Assembly: GCA_020845955.1 (NCBI GenBank) | Contig: JADLEU010000369.1 | Coordinates: 8,462 to 72,461 of the forward strand | From: Anaerolineales bacterium | GTDB lineage: Bacteria > Chloroflexota > Anaerolineae > Anaerolineales > UBA6663 | DNA: 64,000 nucleotides | Direction of reading: 5' to 3' | Shown: in pieces, positions 34,610 through 41,683 of the stretch | How the letters are laid out: the number at the start of each line of letters is the position of its first letter | Numbering within the stretch: the stretch's first letter is position 1 | Notes under the pieces: generated by a model | Told to the model about the DNA's origin: nothing | Databases searched by the model: none | What the model saw: only the letters and a program-made list of their open reading frames with translations | Position numbers and translations under genes: made by a program

Positions 34610-34630
34610 CGGATCTCCCTCGCTGTGGTT

Positions 34631-34682
34631 CCCCTCAGACCCCTGGCCCCTTGGGTCACAAGGGGCCAGGAGGCCTGAGGGG
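34631..34682 (-). promoter_or_regulatory. Very stable ~22-bp GC-rich stem-loop between the binding-protein gene and the beta-ureidopropionase gene
   Basis: cccctcag-acc-cctggccccttg / ggtca / caaggggccagg-aggc-ctgagggg pairs as 12 bp plus 2 bp plus 8 bp, with a 5-nt loop and small bulges. No U-tract follows on either strand. Confidence 0.5.
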
Positions 34683-34697
34683 CATTCTTGCTGGCGC

Positions 34698-35864
34698 CTA
34701 TTCGCCGCCGGGGTTGAGCTCGACGGTGATGGGGGTGAAGTTGGCGCCGATCGTGTCGCCCTCGAGGCCGTCGAGCGCCTGGGCCGACAGGTCGGTGCGG
34801 GCTGCGCCCTCGTCCGGCTCGGCGGCGAACACCGCCCCCTCGAGCGCGACGCGGACGGTCTGATCGTATAGGGCCTGGTCCAACTGGCCGATGCCGTTGG
34901 GCGAAGGCCAGATGAGTTTGTTGACTTCGTTGAGCTGCCAGCGCATGTGGCTCTCGCCCAGCGTGGGACCAGCATCGAGCACATGCTGCACACAGGCATC
35001 GAAGTTATCGCGGCAGAACATCCAGCCGCGATAGCTGGCGCGCAGGAAGCGCACGGCCACGTCTTCGCTGCCCGGTTGGCCGAGCCAGCTCTCGGTGGTC
35101 CAGACGGCGTCCTGGAGCATGGCGGTGCCGACTTCGTTGTAGTCGATGACGCTCAGGTCACCAGGCTGATAAAGCTCGCCGGTAGCCGGGTTCACCTGCT
35201 CAAGCACCTGGGCATACTCATTGTACGTCATTGCCTCGGCCGCGTCGATCTCATCGGTCAGCAGCAGAGTCATGTCGAAGGGCTGGATCTTGATAGTCAC
35301 ATCGTCGGGGTTTTCAGGATCGATGCCGGCAGCGCGCAGGGCTGCAAAGACCTCGTGCTCGTTGCCGAAGTCCCACACGCCGACGCGCTTGCCGCGCAGA
35401 TCCGCGACGCCACTGATCCCCTTGGACGTGAACGAGACGGAGAGCGTGCCCGAGCGCTGGAAGACCTGGCTGATGTTCACCAGGTCGGCGCCCTGCTCGC
35501 GCGACTGGAGCGCCTTGGGCACCCAGGCCAGGCAGAACTCCGCGCCGCCGTTGGCGCAGACCTGTTGCGGAGTGATCTCGGGCGCGCCTTCGAGGATGGT
35601 GACGTCGAGGCCTTCCGCTTCGTAGTAGCCTTGGCCCAGCGCGGCGTAATAGCCGGCGAACTGGGATTGCGCCACCCATTGCAGCTGCAGCCTAACAGGC
35701 GTCAGCGCGGCGGGGGGCGCCTGAGTTGCGGCCGGCGCTTCCGTTGCGGCCGGCGCTTGCGTTGCGGCCGGCGCCTGGGTGGCGGTGGCGGCCGGGCTGC
35801 AGGCGCTCAACAGCAGGCCGATCAAGGCCATTGCGCCGGCCAGGCGTGAAACAGTGCGGTTCAT
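34698..35864 (-). CDS. ABC transporter substrate-binding lipoprotein, NMT1/THI5-like (NitT/TauT family)
   Basis: MNRTVSRLAGAMALIGLLLSAC is a lipobox signal. It is followed by an (ATQAPA)n linker and then an NMT1-like body (QLQWVAQSQFAGYYAA). A GGAGGAG Shine-Dalgarno sequence precedes the ATG at 35864. Confidence 0.85.
   Translation of the reverse strand: MNRTVSRLAGAMALIGLLLSACSPAATATQAPAATQAPAATEAPAATQAPPAALTPVRLQLQWVAQSQFAGYYAALGQGYYEAEGLDVTILEGAPEITPQQVCANGGAEFCLAWVPKALQSREQGADLVNISQVFQRSGTLSVSFTSKGISGVADLRGKRVGVWDFGNEHEVFAALRAAGIDPENPDDVTIKIQPFDMTLLLTDEIDAAEAMTYNEYAQVLEQVNPATGELYQPGDLSVIDYNEVGTAMLQDAVWTTESWLGQPGSEDVAVRFLRASYRGWMFCRDNFDACVQHVLDAGPTLGESHMRWQLNEVNKLIWPSPNGIGQLDQALYDQTVRVALEGAVFAAEPDEGAARTDLSAQALDGLEGDTIGANFTPITVELNPGGE
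35725..35778 (-). repeat. In-frame 18-bp tandem repeat (3 clean units, degenerate units on both sides) encoding the Ala/Thr/Gln/Pro lipoprotein linker
   Basis: The three units are gttgcggccggcgcttcc, gttgcggccggcgcttgc and gttgcggccggcgcctgg. They translate on the minus strand to the linker ATQAPAATQAPAATEAPAATQAP. Confidence 0.7.
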
Positions 35865-35979
35865 GCAGGTCTCCTCCAATGCCAATTGAGTGGAACGATC
35901 GATGGAACAGCCGGCAAGGCGATCGAGGTCAGGCGGCCTCCTTTCTGGCCGGGCATCGCCGGCCGGGTCGCGACGCTGC

Positions 35980-36810
35980 TCAGTGGTCTTGAGCGCGCAC
36001 CGAAATGTGCCAAGGCATGGCGACGCGCTCGATCAAGGCGATGAGCCAATAGAAGACAATGCCGACCAGGCTGACGAGCAGAATTGCGGCCCAGGTGTTG
36101 GCAAAGCGAAACGCGGCCGACTCTTGGGTAATGTACTTACCAATCGTCAGTCGGTCGACGCCAAAGAAATCAGCCACTACGGCGCCGATCATGCTGAGCA
36201 CCGTGGCCACGCGCAGGGCGCTGAACACAAACGGCAGCGCGTTCGGGATGCGCAGCGCGACCAGCACCTTGAAGTCGCTGGCGGCGTAGGAGCGCATGAG
36301 CTCCAGGGCGCGTGGGTTCACCAGGGTCAGGCCACGCACCGCGTTGATCATCACAGGGAAGAAGACGATAACGGCGACGATTACCATCCAAGAAAAGGGA
36401 TTGCTCGGGCCAAACCAATTGAACAGGATCGGCGAGAAGGCCACGATGGGCACCGAGTTGGCCGCAATCGCAAACGGCAGCATGGCCTGCCGCAGCGTCA
36501 CCCAGCGGGCGGTGATCAGCGCCACCAGCAGGCCAAGCCCGACGCCCAGCGCGAAGCCGCCTAGAGCGCTGCGCAGGGTGCTGAGCGCCTTGCTGGTGAG
36601 AATGGGCCACTGATCCACCAGCGCCTGCACAATACTGGTCGGCTTGGGCAGCAGAAACTCGCGGATCCCCAGGAAGCGCACCGCCACTTCCCAAGCCACT
36701 AACAGCAGCGCCGCTACCAGCACGGTAGGCAGGTAGAACCGCAAGCGCTCCAGGGCGCGCCGGCCGTGCGGCGTCGTGGTGTTGGCAGAAGCGGCTGAGG
36801 CGCTGATCAT
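35980..36810 (-). CDS. ABC transporter permease (BPD_transp_1, NitT/TauT family)
   Basis: The ORF is a ~6-TM membrane protein with the EAA-like loop region (LMRSYAASDFKVLVALRIPNALPF). Confidence 0.85.
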   Translation of the reverse strand: MISASAASANTTTPHGRRALERLRFYLPTVLVAALLLVAWEVAVRFLGIREFLLPKPTSIVQALVDQWPILTSKALSTLRSALGGFALGVGLGLLVALITARWVTLRQAMLPFAIAANSVPIVAFSPILFNWFGPSNPFSWMVIVAVIVFFPVMINAVRGLTLVNPRALELMRSYAASDFKVLVALRIPNALPFVFSALRVATVLSMIGAVVADFFGVDRLTIGKYITQESAAFRFANTWAAILLVSLVGIVFYWLIALIERVAMPWHISVRAQDH

Positions 36811-36833
36811 GGTGTCAATGGCAGGCAGCCGGC

Positions 36834-37658
36834 TCAGGCGCCATAGGCCTCGCGCAGGCTCTCGCGCACGTCGGTGACCGCGGTGAAAAATCGCGGGTCC
36901 TCGCGCGTCTCGAAATTGCGCGGGCGCGGCAGGTCAATGTCAATCACTTTCGTGATCTGGCCCGGGCGCGGCGACATGACCACCACCCGGTTGGATAGGA
37001 ACACGGCCTCGGCGATGCTGTGAGTCACGAAGATGACGGTGCCGCCGGTCTGGTCCCAGATCTTAAGCAGTTCCATATTCATACGCTCGCGCGTGAACTC
37101 GTCCAGCGCGCCGAAGGGCTCATCCATGAGCAGCAGGGCCGGCTGAAAGGCCAATGCGCGGGCGATGGCCACCCGCTGCTGCATACCGCCCGAAAGCTGC
37201 CAGGGATAATGCCGGGCAAACTGCTCCAGTTCGACCAGCCTGAGCATCTCGCGAGCGCGCTGGGCACGCCTGGCCGGTGAATAGCCCATCACCTCCAGCG
37301 GCAGTTGGACGTTGTGGGCCACCGTGCGCCACTCATAGAGCGTGGCGGCCTGGAAGACAAAACCATAGTCCCGGTCCAGGCGCGCCTGGCGCGGCGGTTT
37401 GCCATTGACCAGCAGGTCGCCGGACGTGGGCTCGAGCAGATCGGCGATCAAGCGCAGCAGGGTCGACTTGCCGCAGCCCGAGGGGCCAGTGAGCGAAATA
37501 AACTCATTGGCCTGGACCTCCAGGTTGATGTCCTTAAGCGCCACCATGGTCTGCCCGCCGCCAAGCTCGAACACCTTGCTCGCATTGCGCACGGCCACGA
37601 CCGGCGCGCCGGGGGCGTCTTCCGGGGTGCCGCGCGCCTGCCTGGTGATCTCTGCCAA
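36834..37658 (-). CDS. ABC transporter ATP-binding protein (NitT/TauT family)
   Basis: Walker A GPSGCGKST, signature LSGGMQQRVAIARAL and Walker B LLLMDEPFGALD are present. The start is TTG at 37658, with GGAGG 9 nt upstream. Confidence 0.9.
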   Translation of the reverse strand: MAEITRQARGTPEDAPGAPVVAVRNASKVFELGGGQTMVALKDINLEVQANEFISLTGPSGCGKSTLLRLIADLLEPTSGDLLVNGKPPRQARLDRDYGFVFQAATLYEWRTVAHNVQLPLEVMGYSPARRAQRAREMLRLVELEQFARHYPWQLSGGMQQRVAIARALAFQPALLLMDEPFGALDEFTRERMNMELLKIWDQTGGTVIFVTHSIAEAVFLSNRVVVMSPRPGQITKVIDIDLPRPRNFETREDPRFFTAVTDVRESLREAYGA

Positions 37659-37686
37659 GGCTATACGCCTCCGATCGCGAGTCTAG

Positions 37687-38979
37687 TTACTCGGCCGCCG
37701 GCCGGGTGCGCAAGAACCAGCGCTCCACCAGCGACACCGCCGCAAAAAACAGCATGCCCACCAGAGCGGCCATCAAGATTGTAGCCCATAACTTCTCAGG
37801 CTCCGCGGCGTAGTTGCCGCTGGCGCGCAGGATGGCCGCCGCCAAGCCGTCGCTGCGGCTGGAAGGCAGCTCACCCACGATAGCGCCCACGACGCTACCG
37901 GTGGCCGACACTTTGAGAGCCGTGAAGATGTAGGGCAGGGCTGCCGGAAGCCGCAGTTTCCTCAGGACGATCCAGCGCGAGGCAGCGTAAGAGCGCAGCA
38001 GCTCCAGCGCCATGGGATCAGGCGACAGCAGCCCGCGCAGCGTATTAATGGTCACCGGGAAGAAGGTCAGGTAGGCCGAAATGACGGCGACGGGCACCCA
38101 TCCGGCGCCCAGCGCGGTCACGATCATCGGCGCCAGCGCCAGGATGGGCACGGTCTGCGAAGCGACCGCGTAGGGCAGCAGCGCCCGCTCAAGCAGACGC
38201 GAGTGGGCAAAAAGAGCACCCAGGCCGAAGCCCAGCAGACTGCCGGCCACAAACCCGGTAAAAGCCTCGCGCCAAGTTATGTAGGCCGCATCGGCCAGGA
38301 TGCTGACCAACAGCACCGGGCCGTTACGCCGGGCCGGTTGGAGCAGTTGCTCGACGATGTCCTGCCAGTGTGGCATTTTCCAGGGGAAGTCGGTCAGCGG
38401 AAGTCGGCCGCCGGCCGCCTGGCCCAAAGCGATGTAGACCTCCCAAAAGAGCAGGGCGGCGGCAATGACGACGCCGGTGCCCATCACGGCGGAGACCGTT
38501 CCCTGGGTCACGAAGAGCAGCGCCAGGGCCAGCGCCAGCCCCGCCAGTACCAGCCAGTACCACGCCCCGGCTGCCACCGGAACGATTACTAGCAGCAACA
38601 CAAAAGCCAGCAGCGCCCAGAACAGCACCGGGCGGCTTGCACGCGGCAGAATCCAGAGCCTCCACATGCCGGCCAACGACGCGGCGGCAGCCATGACGTG
38701 AAGCGCGACCAGCACCAACCGCGCCCGAGCCAGATAGCGGCCGGGCTCGGCATTAGTGCGGCCGGCCAACCAGAGCGCTAATTGGCCCGGGGTCGATTCC
38801 ACCAAGCCGGGGTGGTCGGACGGCGCCAGGGCATAGCCAAGCGCCAGAAGCGTCGCCACGATCAGGAGCCCCGCCGCCAGCCAGAGCGGGAGCCAGCGGC
38901 CGGCCTTCGCGCGCGCTCGAGCCGCGGTGGACAGGCCGGGCCGCAGGGAACCAACATTGGACTCAAGGAAATTCGCCAT
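37687..38979 (-). CDS. ABC transporter permease with a ~170-aa N-terminal multi-TM extension
   Basis: The C-terminal half has the same BPD_transp_1 pattern (LLRSYAASRWIVLRKLRLPAALPY). The N-terminal half adds hydrophobic helices. Confidence 0.8.
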   Translation of the reverse strand: MANFLESNVGSLRPGLSTAARARAKAGRWLPLWLAAGLLIVATLLALGYALAPSDHPGLVESTPGQLALWLAGRTNAEPGRYLARARLVLVALHVMAAAASLAGMWRLWILPRASRPVLFWALLAFVLLLVIVPVAAGAWYWLVLAGLALALALLFVTQGTVSAVMGTGVVIAAALLFWEVYIALGQAAGGRLPLTDFPWKMPHWQDIVEQLLQPARRNGPVLLVSILADAAYITWREAFTGFVAGSLLGFGLGALFAHSRLLERALLPYAVASQTVPILALAPMIVTALGAGWVPVAVISAYLTFFPVTINTLRGLLSPDPMALELLRSYAASRWIVLRKLRLPAALPYIFTALKVSATGSVVGAIVGELPSSRSDGLAAAILRASGNYAAEPEKLWATILMAALVGMLFFAAVSLVERWFLRTRPAAE

Positions 38980-39000
38980 GACTCCGCCGCCAGCGCGCGA

Positions 39001-40887
39001 TCAGTGCGCCTCGGCGCGCACCGCGTTGGGCAGCACGGTTTCGGCTGTGGGAACGCCGTTGGCATCCCAGGCCCGTAGACGATAGTAATCGGCCAGCATG
39101 CGCGGCATGTCGGGCAGCACGCCGGCCGCGCTGCCGGTTGGGCGCGGCTCGTGCGCCAGGCGATAGGGGAGCACGTCGTCGCGAGCCGTGACGCCCAGGC
39201 GCACATTGATCAAACGTTTGTAGTTGAAGATACGGGCGCCGGTGTCGAGCAGGTCAGCGCCCGTCCACTGCCAGCCCATGGCCCGGTTGAGAAGTTCAGC
39301 CATCTGGGCCGGCGCGTACGACCCCTTGGCGATGAACTTACACAGGCCGCCAGGGTTGAACACACTCATGTAGTTCTGGAAGTCCACGGCCATCTGCGCG
39401 CCCAGGCTAGAATCGAAGCGCTTGGCGTCGATCCAGGCCTGGGCGTCGCCCTCCTGCCAGCCAGGCCACTCAAGGCCGACCCCGCGCCAATAAGAGATGG
39501 CCTCCAGGTGGCAGGCGCCACGGTTGGCGGTGGCGTAGTTGGCGGCCATACTCACAAAGCCACGCGGATCGTGGTAGGGCATCTCCAGGCCCTTGACATG
39601 CATGGCGAACTTGCCCGAGGCCTGCCCAATGCGCGCCGCGGCGGCGCGCACCCCGTCAGCCAGCAGATCGCCGAGATCTTCGCGCCGGGCAATCTTGTCG
39701 ATCATGGTCAGGATGGCCCCGGCGTCGCCCCAATGCAGGGCAATGCCGCCCGTGTCGGCCTCAGTGATCAGGCCCTTTTCGAAACACTCGAAGGCAAACG
39801 CCAGCACGCCGGTTGTGGAGATCGTGTCGAGCGCATGGCGGTTGCACGCGTCATTCATCGCCGCGATGGCGTTGAGATCGTCGCACTGCAAGTTGGACCC
39901 AAAACCGCAGAGGGTTTCGTATTCTGGCCCCTCGCCCGAGACACCGGCATAGGGACCCGCCTTGATCTCGACCGCCTTGCCGCAGCCGATGGGACAGGCG
40001 TGGCAAAACGTATGCTTGGAAAAGATCGTTTCAGCAATGGCTTTGCCAGAGGTCTTGACCGTGCCTTCGAGCCAGCTACCGCCGCGCCAGTTGCGGATGG
40101 CGTTGTCGCCAAACGTATCGGTCGCGGGATGGCCGCCGGCCGTGCCGACCAGATGCAGCGCCTCAGCCGCACCGTGGGACATGATGGAATGGTTGCTTTC
40201 TTTGACCACGGCGTGGAAACCCTTGGCGTCGGCGTACGTTGGCTTCTCCTTGCCGCGCACCACAATCGCCTTGACGCGCTTCGCGCCCATCAGCGCGCCC
40301 ATGCCGCCCCGGGCAGCCAGGCGCGAATGGGTGCGCCCACCGCTCGCCACACCCGCAATCCTGACCAGGTTTTCACCGGCCTGCCCGATCGAGGCGCAGC
40401 GGGCCTTGGGATCGGTCTCCGCCAACAGCCGGTCGTGTGTCTCGAACTGGTCCTGCCCCCAAACATGACTGGCGTCGCGGAACTCAACGCCCTCCGCGGT
40501 CACCCATAGGTAGCTCGGCTGCTGGCACTGCCCAGTGAGGATCAGACCGTCCCAACCGGCAAAGCGCAGCTCGGCGCCCCAGTGGCCGCCCAGATTGGCC
40601 TCGTTCCAGATGCCGGTAAGCGGAGAGCGCCCACACCACGAAGAGCGGCAGCCGGTTGGCGCGAAAGTGCCAGACAGCACGCCGTTGATCACGATCAGAG
40701 GATTGCGCGGATCGAGGGGATCGATCGCCGGGTTCAGGAGGTCGGCAAACTCCTCGCAGAGAATCTTGGCCGCCAGACCCGAACCTAACAGGAAGGCCTG
40801 GACTTCGACCTCGGTTACTGGCCGGACAGACACGTGCCGCCCGGTAAGGTCTATCCGCAAGATCTTCCCGGAGTAAACGTTCGGCAT
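39001..40887 (-). CDS. aor: Aldehyde:ferredoxin oxidoreductase family (tungsto/molybdopterin, 4Fe-4S)
   Basis: The ATG at 40887 (GGGAG 8 nt upstream) gives MPNVYSGKILRIDLTGRHVSV, a typical AOR N-terminus. FCHACPIGCGK is the cluster motif. The protein is ~628 aa. The 72-aa upstream extension in the track is rejected. Confidence 0.9.
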   Translation of the reverse strand: MPNVYSGKILRIDLTGRHVSVRPVTEVEVQAFLLGSGLAAKILCEEFADLLNPAIDPLDPRNPLIVINGVLSGTFAPTGCRSSWCGRSPLTGIWNEANLGGHWGAELRFAGWDGLILTGQCQQPSYLWVTAEGVEFRDASHVWGQDQFETHDRLLAETDPKARCASIGQAGENLVRIAGVASGGRTHSRLAARGGMGALMGAKRVKAIVVRGKEKPTYADAKGFHAVVKESNHSIMSHGAAEALHLVGTAGGHPATDTFGDNAIRNWRGGSWLEGTVKTSGKAIAETIFSKHTFCHACPIGCGKAVEIKAGPYAGVSGEGPEYETLCGFGSNLQCDDLNAIAAMNDACNRHALDTISTTGVLAFAFECFEKGLITEADTGGIALHWGDAGAILTMIDKIARREDLGDLLADGVRAAAARIGQASGKFAMHVKGLEMPYHDPRGFVSMAANYATANRGACHLEAISYWRGVGLEWPGWQEGDAQAWIDAKRFDSSLGAQMAVDFQNYMSVFNPGGLCKFIAKGSYAPAQMAELLNRAMGWQWTGADLLDTGARIFNYKRLINVRLGVTARDDVLPYRLAHEPRPTGSAAGVLPDMPRMLADYYRLRAWDANGVPTAETVLPNAVRAEAH

Positions 40888-41030
40888 TGACGCAACTCCC
40901 AAAATGGGAACGATTGTGAACGGAAACGGCTCCGAGCCTGGCGACTGCCCGAGGTCGATCAGTGCCAGCATCGCCGATGGGGGCCGGCTCGGCCGGCGGC
41001 GGATTACCGGAGCCAACAGCCGACCAAGGC
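40888..41030 (-). promoter_or_regulatory. Structured ~140-nt 5' leader of the AOR gene; candidate riboswitch (Moco/Tuco class not confirmed)
   Basis: On the minus-strand RNA, GGCUCCG (41014-41008) pairs with CGGAGCC (40934-40928). That stem encloses the hairpin GCCGGC-cga-GCCGGC (40997-40983) and a second stem GGCGA...UCGCC (40975-40940). A CCGAGCC element is present. The leader lies directly upstream of a pterin-cofactor enzyme. Confidence 0.25.
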
Positions 41031-41036
41031 AAACCG

Positions 41037-41064
41037 ATTCTAACGCAAGCGGAAGCAAAGTCAA
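41037..41064 (-). promoter_or_regulatory. Sigma70-like promoter candidate for the AOR-led array
   Basis: The minus strand reads TTGACT (41064-41059), a 16-nt spacer, then TAGAAT (41042-41037). It lies in the locally AT-richer intergenic region ~150 nt upstream of the AOR ATG. Confidence 0.4.
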
Positions 41065-41104
41065 ATTGGGTTTCTCGGCCAGCATTGAAAATATCTTCAT
41101 CAAC

Positions 41105-41126
41105 CTTCCGCCCCCCCCCCCGGAAG
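41105..41126. repeat. Homopolymeric C11 (G11 on the minus strand) flanked by a 6-bp inverted repeat
   Basis: The element reads cttccg, cccccccccc, cggaag. The C run spans 41111-41121. It lies in the divergent intergenic region upstream of the candidate AOR promoter. Confidence 0.8.
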
Positions 41127-41232
41127 TCGCTCAGCAGACCTGTCCAGAACGAAAGTTCTGAGTCCAAAGTGCCCGCCAAGCACAGATACAACCGCCGCGC
41201 AACTGCCATTTGTCACCTCTCATATGACGAAT

Positions 41233-41280
41233 GTCATTGATTAACTGTGATCCCAACCATATTCTTACATGATCAATGAC
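41233..41280. promoter_or_regulatory. Perfect 9-bp inverted repeat GTCATTGAT / ATCAATGAC (30-bp spacer) in the AT-richest stretch of the window; operator-like
   Basis: The left arm is 41233-41241 and the right arm is 41272-41280. The arms bracket a plus-strand TTGATT-N17-TATTCT promoter-like pair. An adjacent TGACgaatGTCA palindrome lies at 41226-41237. Confidence 0.4.
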
Positions 41281-41361
41281 ACGTAGGGAAACTGCGTAAA
41301 TTTGATATGGTTTGTGCGGTTGGACGCGGCGGGGGGACCGTACGCAGATGAGGAGACGGCC

Positions 41362-41559
41362 ATGTGGCTGCTAATCCTGGCAGGACTGGCGGTATGGATC
41401 GTCCTGGCGGCAATCGTTTCCCTCACCGTCTGTATGGCGGCCGGCCGTTTCAATCGCGAGACGGAAGCAAACGCCCCTTTCCGTGAAGCCAGCCCGCTGT
41501 CCGGTCAGCAAGCCTTCGAGGCGCGGGCCAGGCTGGCGCCACACCGATCACATCCCTGA
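41362..41559 (+). CDS. Possible small single-pass membrane protein (65 aa)
   Basis: The ATG is preceded by GAGGAG. The product MWLLILAGLAVWIVLAAIVSLTVCMAAG is one clear TM helix. Third-position GC looks lower than in neighbouring genes, and I recognise no homology. Confidence 0.3.
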   Translation: MWLLILAGLAVWIVLAAIVSLTVCMAAGRFNRETEANAPFREASPLSGQQAFEARARLAPHRSHP

Positions 41560-41683
41560 GCCAAGACTACCCCATATACTCCTGACCGCCATTGCGGTCG
41601 TGGCGTCAGGCGCCGAGTGCGCGACCGTGGCCTAGCTGGAGTGGTTGCCGCGCGGGACGGGGCCGTGCCGGCTGCTGTGTCGG

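Noticed and set aside
41265-41453. Minus-strand 62-aa ORF in the divergent intergenic region.
   Set aside because: It is antisense to the somewhat better supported plus-strand small membrane ORF. It has no ribosome-binding site and a poor composition.
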